From Candidatus Omnitrophota bacterium (GTDB lineage: Bacteria > Omnitrophota > Omnitrophia > Omnitrophales > JACROU01): a stretch of DNA of 64,000 nt. A program made the position numbers and the translations under genes. Positions 28,530 through 38,240 of the stretch are shown piece after piece. Under the pieces are notes generated by a model. That model ran no database searches and was not told the origin of the DNA. It saw only the letters and a program-made list of their open reading frames with translations. Within the stretch, counting starts at the first letter, position 1. Every line of letters begins with the position of its first letter. The stretch is from the NCBI GenBank assembly GCA_029261035.1, contig JAJDCD010000008.1:364480-428479 (forward strand), in the 5' to 3' direction.

Positions 28530-28901
28530 TTACTGTTTTGTTGACCACTCTGAAACCAAGCATTTAAGACGCCTTCTCATGTGCTGCATCTCTTTAATCT
28601 TAGATTCGAATTCCGTTATCTTTTTAGTGAATACCTCCATAATGAGGTCGCAGCAAGGGTTCAATCCCTGCTTGCTACAGCCCATGATTGTCTTAATCTC
28701 TTCAAGAGTAAGGCCAAATGACTGGGCTTTTTTAATGAAAGTAATTTTTTCGACATCTTGCGGAGGATATAGCCTAAAGCCGCCTGTACTTCGACTGGGC
28801 TTTTGAATTAAACCGAGCTTTTCGTAGTAGCGAAGAGTATGAGAAGAGACGCCCGTTTTGTCTGCAATTTCACCAATTTGAAGAGATTTATTTTTTATCA
28901 T
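28530..28901 (-). CDS. MerR-family metal-responsive regulator
   Basis: LQIGEIADKTGVSSHTLRYYEKLGL plus C-terminal metal-binding Cys (CC, C). Confidence 0.75.
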   Translation of the reverse strand: MIKNKSLQIGEIADKTGVSSHTLRYYEKLGLIQKPSRSTGGFRLYPPQDVEKITFIKKAQSFGLTLEEIKTIMGCSKQGLNPCCDLIMEVFTKKITEFESKIKEMQHMRRRLKCLVSEWSTKQ

Positions 28902-29010
28902 GGCCTCATTTTACACCTTAGAGCTAACTCTAAGGTCAAATTAAAAAAGAAACCGCTCTATAAAGGAGCGGTTTCTTGCTTCGCTTAAATACAATCTATT
29001 TCTTAACTGC

Positions 29011-29094
29011 TTATGGGCAGCAAGCAAATACTTGAACCGCAGAAACAGTAACAAGCACTGCAACCATCATTAACCCAACGAAATATCTTTTCAT
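29011..29094 (-). CDS. 27-aa hydrophobic peptide ending in CCP (MKRYFVGLMMVAVLVTVSAVQVFACCP)
   Basis: AAGGAGG SD 7 nt upstream of ATG. Below the ORF-track cutoff. Confidence 0.35.
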   Translation of the reverse strand: MKRYFVGLMMVAVLVTVSAVQVFACCP

Positions 29095-29108
29095 AAGCCC
29101 CTCCTTTT

Positions 29109-29540
29109 TTAACAACACTTTGTTTTTTTATTCATCAGTTTGCTATTTTGAATGCCAAGCAAGCACTTACCATTCTCTCGAATAAGCAAACGCTTGTTAA
29201 AGCGCTTCATATCTTCCTTAAAAATCTTATCTTTTGACTTCGCAACAATCTTGCATAGGTCTTTACAAATTTGGTTTAAGCTATGCCAAGCGGAGTAGTA
29301 AACCCAACGACCTTCTTTTCTAGATTGCACTAACTTAGCCTCTTTAAGTATTTCGATATGCTTTGTTATGCTGTATTGTGGCATTTCCAAAGAATCAACA
29401 AACTCACAGCCACAGATTTCCTGCTTCGACACCACCAAGAGCCTAAGTATCCTGAATCGAACTGGCTCACTAATAATTCTGATATAGTCTAAATCGCTTT
29501 TCATACTTGCCTCTAAATGCAAGTATAGGCCATGATGCAA
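29109..29540 (-). CDS. arsR: ArsR/SmtB-family metalloregulator
   Basis: ISEPVRFRILRLL...CGCE...ITKHIEILKEAKLV. Confidence 0.7.
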   Translation of the reverse strand: MHHGLYLHLEASMKSDLDYIRIISEPVRFRILRLLVVSKQEICGCEFVDSLEMPQYSITKHIEILKEAKLVQSRKEGRWVYYSAWHSLNQICKDLCKIVAKSKDKIFKEDMKRFNKRLLIRENGKCLLGIQNSKLMNKKTKCC

Positions 29541-29694
29541 CCCATGTCAAGCTGTGCACTACCTCAACGAAATTTATTACGTTAAGGTGATAACTATTAT
29601 ATTCCAGCATTGGCACAGATTAACAGCGTTGTCTTAATTGGAGTATGCGGAAGTAAAACCAGATAAAATAGATCTTATTTTACTCCAACTGCTC

Positions 29695-29967
29695 TTAATA
29701 TCCCATCGCGCAACAATGAGTGTTATTCACAGGCCTCATATGTGGGCAATAACCATCGTGGTTCCACTTATCACGGTAATACTTGCTATCATCTTGGATT
29801 GCCGTGACTAGACTTGGATCATCAGAGGTCATCGTAACCTGCACACCGCTTTCGATCTTCTTGACCTCGGTTTTGACATCGCCTTTATCATAGTGCGCAT
29901 AGACATTGTTCCAGGAGAAAACAGCCGCCAAGAACAACAGCGTTAACACAAAAATTGACTTTTTCAT
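29695..29967 (-). CDS. small secreted protein with C-terminal Cys cluster (YCPHM...THCCAM)
   Basis: Signal peptide, 90 aa. Confidence 0.4.
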   Translation of the reverse strand: MKKSIFVLTLLFLAAVFSWNNVYAHYDKGDVKTEVKKIESGVQVTMTSDDPSLVTAIQDDSKYYRDKWNHDGYCPHMRPVNNTHCCAMGY

Positions 29968-30221
29968 TACACACCCCTTTTTCTAGAGATTCTTGTTTTA
30001 TTGCTTGTTAAGCTCTTGATGATGGCAACTATCGCCCAAACAACCAATACCCATATCGCTACTTGAAACAACATTCCCAATATGCCACCACAGTAGTAAG
30101 AATGCCCCAAAACCCATTCCAATTTCCACAAAACATCGCATTCACTTCACACCTCCATGTTTTTACCTTTCACTTATAAGGACGCAGGAAGCGCGAGAAA
30201 GTTACGCTAAAATTTGAGGGA

Positions 30222-31028
30222 TTATTTCCAGCCGCAACAAGATGATTCATCCCAGGGCCAATACTTCTCCTGCTTCATCATCTTCTGCATCCATGCACCG
30301 CGAGATGAGCAGACTTCTATGGCTCTGTCAATATACGTCTTTTGCGCACCTGAAACCTGCGGCTGGATGGATTGGAGAGTGTCTTTCTGGAAGTCATTAA
30401 AGTGGACTACCTTAGAATAAAAGAGCGGTTGCTTTTCTTTGGGTAAATCCGAAATCCCATCCAAGGCCAACTTTGCTTCATCAAGCATATCCTTAATTAG
30501 GTTTTTATCAATCACTCCATTTTCCCTATAATTCGCCAAGAGTTCCTGCATTCTTCTTTCGGAAAAGGTCAGTCGAAGCTCTGTTTTTCCTTCAGAGTTA
30601 GCAGTCAGAATTAACGTAACCTTTTCTGTCATCAGTTTAAAGGGATATAAAATATCACCTGGCAATGCACTCGCAGAGGCAGTGCCGGTCGTCCAGGTTA
30701 CCAACCCCACAATTAAAATCACCGCCATAACTCTCGCAAAAGCAAATCTTGGAATGATAAACCAGTCCAGATTAAATCTAGGTTTGAATACCTTTTGTTC
30801 AGATAAATGCTTCCCTATCTTAACCAAAGCATTGTAAGCAGCATTCGTGCTTGGCTCAGCCTTTGGCGCAGATTCAAGCTTAGAGACAATGGTCAAGAGG
30901 GACTTTAGTTCTTCGGCGTGTGCAGGGTATTTTGCAAGAACTTCATCAAAAGACACACCCCTCTTTAGGTCCTCAACACAAATATCGAGTATGGTTTCTA
31001 AATTTTCATCATTCATAAAATTACTCAC
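30222..31028 (-). CDS. putative anti-sigma factor (single TM, C-terminal SSCCGWK)
   Basis: Immediately downstream of and overlapping the ECF sigma gene; central TM segment. Confidence 0.5.
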   Translation of the reverse strand: MSNFMNDENLETILDICVEDLKRGVSFDEVLAKYPAHAEELKSLLTIVSKLESAPKAEPSTNAAYNALVKIGKHLSEQKVFKPRFNLDWFIIPRFAFARVMAVILIVGLVTWTTGTASASALPGDILYPFKLMTEKVTLILTANSEGKTELRLTFSERRMQELLANYRENGVIDKNLIKDMLDEAKLALDGISDLPKEKQPLFYSKVVHFNDFQKDTLQSIQPQVSGAQKTYIDRAIEVCSSRGAWMQKMMKQEKYWPWDESSCCGWK

Positions 31029-31632
31029 TTTTTACAATTCCTCTTAAGGCAACGAGCGCCCTAAACTGCAAGGCCTTCACCGCCCCAATGCTTTTGCCCA
31101 TAATCGAAGCGATTTTTTCATTGTCATAGCCTTCAATGAACTTAAATAGGATTACCTGCTGTTGTTCCTCACCCAATTCTCCAATGAAAGATTTTAACTC
31201 CTCTTGCGTGAAGGAATCGCCAGGCGCTTCCTTCTCCTGCGGTAGAGCTTCTAATATTTGCGTATCTACCGCATCCTCTTTTCTCACCGCCTTTCTCCTG
31301 TAATAATCGGTCAAGGCGTTCTTTGCTATCCTATAAAGCCACGCTTCAAAGTTGCCATGCTGACGTTTTATGGACTTTACCACCTTTTCAAACACCTCGC
31401 TTGACAGGTCTTCTGCATCTGCATTGGTCCGTGCGCGATAACAAAAAAAGCGATACATTTTCGGATAATAATATTCGAAGACTTCTGTTATCGCCTTCTG
31501 ATCTAACTTCTTCGCCTTATCAACGATATCTTGCGAGAGCCCTTGCGATTTCAAATCATTCTCCACTTTACAAGACGCACCGGAAGAAGAATCGTTACGG
31601 TGATATTTTCTTCCAGAAACTGTATTAGACAT
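31021..31632 (-). CDS. ECF-subfamily RNA polymerase sigma-70 factor
   Basis: Region 2 (FEAWLYRIAKNALTDYYRRK) and region 4 (IASIMGKSIGAVKALQFRA). Confidence 0.75.
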   Translation of the reverse strand: MSNTVSGRKYHRNDSSSGASCKVENDLKSQGLSQDIVDKAKKLDQKAITEVFEYYYPKMYRFFCYRARTNADAEDLSSEVFEKVVKSIKRQHGNFEAWLYRIAKNALTDYYRRKAVRKEDAVDTQILEALPQEKEAPGDSFTQEELKSFIGELGEEQQQVILFKFIEGYDNEKIASIMGKSIGAVKALQFRALVALRGIVKSE

Positions 31633-32380
31633 GCTCTGTTTTTAAACGCCCTAGGAACAATCCACATACGCCAACAGTAATGACTGCAATACTCATAAAC
31701 TGGGCCATGGTTAGACCTAAAGCAACGACGGGGTTAATCCGCCAGAATTCAATTATAAGTCTTTCGGTGCCTGCCAGAACGAGATATGTCCAGAAAACCG
31801 TTCCTGCGGGTAAATTTCTTCTTCCAACCTTAATCAAAATAAGACAAACTACAGACATAATGAACGTTTCATAAATTGGTGTTGGATGAACGGGTACTAG
31901 CGTAGGAACAGTTCCATTTGGAAATGCCATGGCCCAAGGCAAATCTGATGGTTTTCCATAATCACCATCACCTGAAAGAAGACAGCCGATACGCCCAATC
32001 GCGTAGCCTAAAGCCAGTGCGGGAGCTACAGCATCCGCTAATTGAAGCCACCGTAGCTTCTTTTTATTTACTATATAGGTGAATACAAAAATAGCCCCAA
32101 TGAACCCTCCGTACCAGACTAACCCTCCGCCAGAAAATATTGAACTCCAGGGATCGTCTAAAAAATATTTGAAATTTAGGAGAATGTAGTAAACTTTAGC
32201 GCCCAATAAACCACCTAGCAGTATTCCGGTCGTTAAAGCGTCAGCCCTGATTTTCTTCTCTAGTCCTAACCTCTTCAATTCCAGCGCAATGAGCCAATTC
32301 CCACAGAAAAACGCTACAACAACCATCACTCCAAAACTATAAATGGTTAAAGGTCCAATACTAAAGAGTTCAGGATACAT
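31625..32380 (-). CDS. lgt: prolipoprotein diacylglyceryl transferase
   Basis: LVWYGGFIG, IGRIGCLLSGDGDYG. Confidence 0.75.
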   Translation of the reverse strand: MYPELFSIGPLTIYSFGVMVVVAFFCGNWLIALELKRLGLEKKIRADALTTGILLGGLLGAKVYYILLNFKYFLDDPWSSIFSGGGLVWYGGFIGAIFVFTYIVNKKKLRWLQLADAVAPALALGYAIGRIGCLLSGDGDYGKPSDLPWAMAFPNGTVPTLVPVHPTPIYETFIMSVVCLILIKVGRRNLPAGTVFWTYLVLAGTERLIIEFWRINPVVALGLTMAQFMSIAVITVGVCGLFLGRLKTEHV

Positions 32381-32384
32381 AAAT

Positions 32385-34286
32385 TTACTTTCGTGTTAAT
32401 CGCAGGCCATTGGCAACGGCTAGAAGTTCTGATGCTTCATGAATTAAAACAGCGATGGCAACCGTCATCAATCCTAAAAGGGCTGAGGGAATAAGAATCG
32501 CGAGAAGCGTTAATGAAAATACGATGTTTTGATGACTGACTCTTCTAGCTTTTTTGCCAAGTTCAATCGCATAAAGAACTTTTGTTAGATCATCCGCCAT
32601 AAGAGCTGCGTCGGCCGCTTCAATCGCTGCATCCGTTCCTCCGGTCCCCATAGCAATTCCCACAGTCGCACTCGCTAAAGCAGGCGCATCATTGATTCCA
32701 TCTCCCACCATTGCCACATACTTAAATTCTTTCTTCAATTCTTCAATCGCTTTGATCTTATCTTCTGGCTTCAGACCTGCTTTTATCTTTTCAATTCCAA
32801 GATTCTCTCCGATCACTTTGGCGGTAGCTTCATTGTCACCCGTGAGCATTACGATTTTAATTCCGTCTTTTTTAAGCTCTTTAATGACATTCTGAGATTC
32901 TTTCCTTACTTCATCTCGAATGGCGATAAGCCCTGCAATCGATTTTTTAGTTCCAACCATAATAACTGTATTGCCTTGCATTCTTAATTCATCAATCTGA
33001 GTAATCGATTCAATTTCGTGCCCTAATTCTCTGAAATACTCAGCTTTAGCAACATAAGTAGTCTCTCCATTAATATCTGCTTGGGCACCCGCACCAACCA
33101 GGGCATTAAAATTCGATGGCTCAGAAAGGTGGATCTCCATCTTTTCTGCTTTTCGCACAATTGCCTCAGCCAGCGGATGCTCTGAGTATTTCTCAACAGC
33201 ATACGCAAGCTCTAGAACACGTTCCTTCTTTTCATTAATAGGAACAACAGACGTTACCTCAGGCTTTCCTTTTGTGAGCGTTCCCGTCTTATCAAAAGCA
33301 ATCGCTTTAATTTTTCCAAGATTCTCAAGATGCATACCGCCTTTAATCAGGACACCCGCCTTTCCCGCACGTCCAATTCCTGCGGCAACAGCCACAGGCG
33401 TTGACATAATCAGAGCGCATGGAGCTGCGGCAACCAAAAGCACTACGGCTTTCGCCGCCCAGACAGAAATTGAAAGACCAAATAAAAGTGGAACGATAAA
33501 AAGTAAGAGTGCGCTAATTAGTACAATTGGCGAGTAGATCTTGCCGAATCGTTCGATAAATAGCTGTGTTTTGCCTTTCTGATCCTGAGCCTCTTCAACG
33601 AGATGAACAATCTTAGAAAGCGTGTTATCTTCAAATGTCGCCGTCACCCGAACCTCTAGCACACCTGTTTGGTTCATGGTGGCTGCAAAGACTTTCATCC
33701 CCTCTTTCTTTTCAACAGGAACTGACTCACCCGTCACGGGTGCTTCATTAACACTCGAACCCCCTTTTAAGATCTCTCCATCAGTGGGAATCGATTCACC
33801 CGGTCTCACAATAAATACGTCACCCACCTTCAACTCTCGAGAGGGTATCTTCACCTCTTCGTCATTTCTCAAAACAGTGGCTGTTTCCGGAGCAAGATCA
33901 AGCAACTTACGAATGGAGGCTCGAGTTTTAGCAAATGTATACTCTTCCAGTCCTTCAGCAGCTCCATAGAGGAATACCAAAAAAGCGGCCTCGTCCCACA
34001 TTCCAAGAATGGCAGAACCAATGGCTGCCGCACTCATCAGCATTTCAATCCCAATCTCTCTTCTTTGAAATAAATCCTCGATACCTTCAAGAAACCAATG
34101 TTTACCTCCAATAATGATTGCAACAACATAGAACCCAATTTCAATCGATTCGGCAATCAATCCCGTATGTCTCAGAAGATAAGCCCCTATCGCAATACCA
34201 CCCGCAATTAGGGCATTACGCATCACCGGATGTTGATACCAAGATCCTTCAAATTCCTTTTTACAGCATGAATCACTCATAAACAT
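32385..34286 (-). CDS. heavy-metal P1B-type ATPase without an N-terminal HMA domain (APC TM motif; Zn/Co/Cd-type candidate)
   Basis: [26 protein letters not shown], 633 aa. Confidence 0.85.
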   Translation of the reverse strand: MFMSDSCCKKEFEGSWYQHPVMRNALIAGGIAIGAYLLRHTGLIAESIEIGFYVVAIIIGGKHWFLEGIEDLFQRREIGIEMLMSAAAIGSAILGMWDEAAFLVFLYGAAEGLEEYTFAKTRASIRKLLDLAPETATVLRNDEEVKIPSRELKVGDVFIVRPGESIPTDGEILKGGSSVNEAPVTGESVPVEKKEGMKVFAATMNQTGVLEVRVTATFEDNTLSKIVHLVEEAQDQKGKTQLFIERFGKIYSPIVLISALLLFIVPLLFGLSISVWAAKAVVLLVAAAPCALIMSTPVAVAAGIGRAGKAGVLIKGGMHLENLGKIKAIAFDKTGTLTKGKPEVTSVVPINEKKERVLELAYAVEKYSEHPLAEAIVRKAEKMEIHLSEPSNFNALVGAGAQADINGETTYVAKAEYFRELGHEIESITQIDELRMQGNTVIMVGTKKSIAGLIAIRDEVRKESQNVIKELKKDGIKIVMLTGDNEATAKVIGENLGIEKIKAGLKPEDKIKAIEELKKEFKYVAMVGDGINDAPALASATVGIAMGTGGTDAAIEAADAALMADDLTKVLYAIELGKKARRVSHQNIVFSLTLLAILIPSALLGLMTVAIAVLIHEASELLAVANGLRLTRK

Positions 34287-34292
34287 CCTCTT

Positions 34293-35471
34293 TTAAACGT
34301 TTTCATAATTCTTCGATATTCTCTCTTCCCACTTAAGCAATCTTTCATTCCCAGGCATGTGCCTAAGAGCACCCTTAAGGACTTTAAGAGCTTCCACACT
34401 TGAACCTTTTTCAACAAAAGTAACTGCAAGCCCAATATAGCCATCTACATAATCGGGCTTTGCGACAATAATCATCCTATATAATTGAATAGCTTTATTA
34501 AAGTGCTTAAGGTTGCGATGAGCTTCCGCCAAGAGAAAGTCTAAATTATTTTTTTCAGGAAAAAGGAATTTTAATACATCGAGTATTTTAAGTGCTTTAT
34601 CATAATCTTCATTATCCATATAGGCTATGGATAGCTGAGACATAAAGTCAAGATCCCTCACACCCTTAAGAAACATATCTTCAAGAATCTTAATTGCAGC
34701 TTTTTTTTCATTATTTCTCAACTTCATGATGGCAAGGTTAAACCGCGCCACCCTATTTTCCATATCTTCTGAAGAAAGCGCCTCAAAGATTTCATAGGCT
34801 TCATCAGCATCTCCTTTTTTTGCATATAATTGCCCCAGCAACATCCGCGCTTCTTGATTCTCAGGCATGAGCTTAAGCGCAACCTCAAAATCGTTAATAG
34901 CCGATTCAAACTTCCCTATTCTTGCATAAGCCCTCCCACGGGCAAGCCAGGCGTGGACATCCACAGGGTCTACTTCAAGAGATGTATTAAGTTCGTTAAT
35001 AGCTTCATTGTATTCTCCCACCTGATACAACATAAGCGCTGAAAAACAATGCAAGTGGGGCTCGTTTGATTCTATGGCAACGGCTCTCTGATAAAAATAA
35101 TTCGCTTCCGAAGGCTGTTTAAGTATCCGGTATAAATGTCCTAAGGTAACTAGAGAATCCACATCCTCTGGGTTCTCCACAATCTTTTGGTTTAAACTAA
35201 TAATCATCTTGTTCAAGCCACCTTCCTCATCATATCGAGGGATCATGAAAGCAATTTCGAATAGATCATCTAGCGTCTGGTGATATTGTTCAAAGCTAGC
35301 ATAACTCGCGCCCGGATTATTCAATGCCACTTGTGCGCTTTTAGGCTCTGTGATTTGTTCATATCCAAACGCTAAACTGGCATTGCCACTAACTAAAACA
35401 AATAGGGTGAGGAACCCAGCAAAGCAGTGACTACTATTAGAAGATCTTGTTCTTTTCATTGTTAGAACCAA
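34293..35471 (-). CDS. TPR-repeat protein with signal peptide
   Basis: Multiple TPR-like repeats. Confidence 0.6.
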   Translation of the reverse strand: MVLTMKRTRSSNSSHCFAGFLTLFVLVSGNASLAFGYEQITEPKSAQVALNNPGASYASFEQYHQTLDDLFEIAFMIPRYDEEGGLNKMIISLNQKIVENPEDVDSLVTLGHLYRILKQPSEANYFYQRAVAIESNEPHLHCFSALMLYQVGEYNEAINELNTSLEVDPVDVHAWLARGRAYARIGKFESAINDFEVALKLMPENQEARMLLGQLYAKKGDADEAYEIFEALSSEDMENRVARFNLAIMKLRNNEKKAAIKILEDMFLKGVRDLDFMSQLSIAYMDNEDYDKALKILDVLKFLFPEKNNLDFLLAEAHRNLKHFNKAIQLYRMIIVAKPDYVDGYIGLAVTFVEKGSSVEALKVLKGALRHMPGNERLLKWEERISKNYENV

Positions 35472-35510
35472 AGTCCTTTCATAACATAGTTATTTTTTCT
35501 AAATCCCGAT

Positions 35511-36176
35511 TTAAAAAGATAACCCTAGAGAAGTTCCTACAACCTGCGCGTCATCCCAATCCGCCCCTCTTCGGTTACTTTTAATCATGTAATAGAGGCT
35601 AAAAGATACGTGTTTGTTTAATTTCGCTGCGACGCCCAACTGAACACGGTTTTGATTAAACGAGCCCTCATTCCACTGCCAAAATATTTCTTCTGAAACA
35701 AACGGGGACAACGTAATGCTTTTAACAGGAATCGGATAAGCTAATTTAATGCGATTACGATAACGCCATTCATCTGTACTACTACGGTCACGGTAGGCAA
35801 TACGGTTACGGTCTGATATTTTTAAAGGACCAAGGCTGCCTTTTAGTGTTCCTTCCAATAACCACCGTCTTTCGTTCACATGATCCCCATTCCCGGCTTT
35901 TGATCGCTCGTATTTGAAAAAGGGGCCGATTTCAAAGTGCTCCGATGGATGCCATAAAAAACCTGGGCTTACATTCGCAACAGTTGATTTGGAAAAGTCA
36001 TCCGTAATACGTTGCTCACCTGTCACTTTGAAACTAAAGTCTTCTGCGAGTTTTGCCTTTAACGAGTAGCTATGCCAGAACTGTCCGTCATCTGCGCCAT
36101 AAGCTTCAGTATATAAACAGGTAGTAAACAGTAGCGCGCCTAATAGCATCAAACAAAACTTATTCATCATAATCAC
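35511..36176 (-). CDS. DUF2490-like outer-membrane beta-barrel protein
   Basis: Signal peptide; alternating amphipathic strands. Confidence 0.45.
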   Translation of the reverse strand: MIMMNKFCLMLLGALLFTTCLYTEAYGADDGQFWHSYSLKAKLAEDFSFKVTGEQRITDDFSKSTVANVSPGFLWHPSEHFEIGPFFKYERSKAGNGDHVNERRWLLEGTLKGSLGPLKISDRNRIAYRDRSSTDEWRYRNRIKLAYPIPVKSITLSPFVSEEIFWQWNEGSFNQNRVQLGVAAKLNKHVSFSLYYMIKSNRRGADWDDAQVVGTSLGLSF

Positions 36177-36203
36177 GTCACTCCGTAGTTATAGTTTTTA
36201 GCG

Positions 36204-37151
36204 TTAATCGTCATCATCGGCAAAAGATTCTTTTTCAAGCTCAGACTTAAGATAAAAGCTCCCTTGCGTTACGACGCTTTCGCTTTCATTAAGACCCATT
36301 ATCACTTCAACTTCATCATGATGAGAATGTCCTAGACGGACTTCCCTCACTTCAATTCCATCCTCATTTATGGGAACAAAAACAATATTTTTTCCACTCA
36401 CCATCTGGACAGCTGCTTTGGGGACGATAAGACCTTCACGCTCCGTCTGATGAATAAGTTCACCTGAAATGGACATGCCGAGTTTTAACAGGTAATCTGA
36501 GTTATCCACATCCACCCGAACTTTAATAGATTTGGATTCCTCGTCAATCTCAGGAGAGATAAAAACAACTTCTCCATGGAAAACATTGTTCGGATAAGCT
36601 ATAGACGTCATCTCAATTGCCTGCCCGACACTAACGAAACTTAAATCTTTTTCATAAATATCAAACGTGGACCGAAGGGTGCTTACGTCGATCAGACTCA
36701 CAAGAGCTTTAAGCCGATCCACTTTATCGCTTTCATCAACATGGATAGAGACAACCGTTCCTTGTGCAGGAGCAACAACCTCTCTCAGAACTCCATCTGA
36801 TTGTTTTATCCCTAGCAAAGGAGTTCCTTCATCCACAATATCACCCAACTTAACATGGACCTTTGCAACAACGCCCTCATCCTCAACTGTCACGTGCAAA
36901 TATCTATCTGTATCTTTTGCAATTTTTCCATATACTTTTAATCGTTCATCAAGTATTTTCTTTTGAGCTAGGACTACCTCTAACGCAATCATCCCGCGTG
37001 CTTCTGCATCGACTTCCAGCACTCCCCCAATCGCAGGCTCATTTTCTTCAGATGATTCTCTCTCTTCGGCAAAGCTCTGCATTGGCACACATAACATTCC
37101 AAAAATTATTAAAAACAAAACTATCGGGCTCTTTTTCATTATCCATCCCAT
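36204..37151 (-). CDS. RND periplasmic adaptor subunit (orphan MFP)
   Basis: Closely parallels the czcB product (41383..42372) in sequence. Confidence 0.7.
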   Translation of the reverse strand: MGWIMKKSPIVLFLIIFGMLCVPMQSFAEERESSEENEPAIGGVLEVDAEARGMIALEVVLAQKKILDERLKVYGKIAKDTDRYLHVTVEDEGVVAKVHVKLGDIVDEGTPLLGIKQSDGVLREVVAPAQGTVVSIHVDESDKVDRLKALVSLIDVSTLRSTFDIYEKDLSFVSVGQAIEMTSIAYPNNVFHGEVVFISPEIDEESKSIKVRVDVDNSDYLLKLGMSISGELIHQTEREGLIVPKAAVQMVSGKNIVFVPINEDGIEVREVRLGHSHHDEVEVIMGLNESESVVTQGSFYLKSELEKESFADDDD

Positions 37152-37269
37152 GAATTTCTTTGAATGATTGATATTTATATTTATTTAGCATTAGAGTTTG
37201 ATGTAAAAAGGCACAGATCGCCAACAAATACCCGTCTTTTAAATCAAGACATACGGGTAGTGTTGAAAA

Positions 37270-37554
37270 TTAGACTAATGTAGGTGGATGGAAAATAGAG
37301 CGGACAAGGATAACAGCGTAAAACTCTTCTCTTACCGAAATAAATGACTCAGACTGCAAATGCATACTCGGTTGAATGGAACCGACCTCTGGTATCCAAT
37401 TGCAACAGTTGACGTTACAAACTGAGTGACATGAGATCGGTTGAGAATCAAGTGCAATGTCATTACGCTCAACCGCATAGGCAAGAGTTGAACACGTCAC
37501 TATTGCAATAAACGCCAAAAATGTGAGTATGTAATGAATCGTATTTTTTTTCAT
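37270..37554 (-). CDS. small secreted Cys-rich protein (CzcI-like candidate)
   Basis: Signal peptide; SCHSVCNVNCCNW; upstream of the orphan MFP. Confidence 0.35.
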   Translation of the reverse strand: MKKNTIHYILTFLAFIAIVTCSTLAYAVERNDIALDSQPISCHSVCNVNCCNWIPEVGSIQPSMHLQSESFISVREEFYAVILVRSIFHPPTLV

Positions 37555-37648
37555 AAGTTCAGTCAAGAATAACATCTTTTAATTTTTTGTTCAATCGCAG
37601 AAGTTGCTATTACTCTGCATGATCTTGAAACAAACACAAATATAATCG

Positions 37649-37891
37649 TCAGGAGCTCCGTCGCCGAATTTTCATCCAATAATCGCCTTCTGCGTGCTTG
37701 ATAGTAATATGCGCCTCACGGGCAAGCCAGCCTGCAGCCATAAGAATCAGATCCCTTGAACAATGGGTAACATCTATTAGTTCTGCAATCGGAAGCTCAT
37801 CTTTATCATCCAATGCGCGCCAAATTTCCCCAGCAACAATGCCTATCTCGGTTATCATGGATATTTGATCTTCCGTTTTATATGGCTTCAT
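37649..37891 (-). CDS. small winged-helix-like hypothetical protein
   Basis: 80-aa ORF overlapping the P-II gene start. Confidence 0.35.
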   Translation of the reverse strand: MKPYKTEDQISMITEIGIVAGEIWRALDDKDELPIAELIDVTHCSRDLILMAAGWLAREAHITIKHAEGDYWMKIRRRSS

Positions 37892-38216
37892 TTCCTTGGC
37901 TCCCGGTCCTAATACTCATGGCAGTCTCAATTTTCGTAACAAATATTTTTCCGTCACCTCTTCTACCTGTATGCGCATGCTCTTTGATCGTTTTTACGAT
38001 CTCATCGACCTCGTCATCTTCACATGCAATTTCTAACTTCACCTTCGGTGTAAATTCCACACAGTCCGCTTTTGCATCATGCGCGTACCCCTCATCTTTT
38101 TCTTTTCCAAATCCTTTGATTTCATTCACACTCATCCCTCGAATATGAATAGCGTGAAGTGCGTCTGTTACTTTTTGAAGCATAAAGGGCTGTATATAAG
38201 CTTTAATTTCTTTCAT
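37878..38216 (-). CDS. P-II (GlnB-like) family signal-transduction protein
   Basis: MKEIKAYIQPF...GFGKEKD...TGRRGDGKIFV matches the P-II consensus across its length. Confidence 0.8.
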   Translation of the reverse strand: MKEIKAYIQPFMLQKVTDALHAIHIRGMSVNEIKGFGKEKDEGYAHDAKADCVEFTPKVKLEIACEDDEVDEIVKTIKEHAHTGRRGDGKIFVTKIETAMSIRTGSQGNEAI

Positions 38217-38240
38217 TTCAAATCTCCTTTTTAAAAATTG

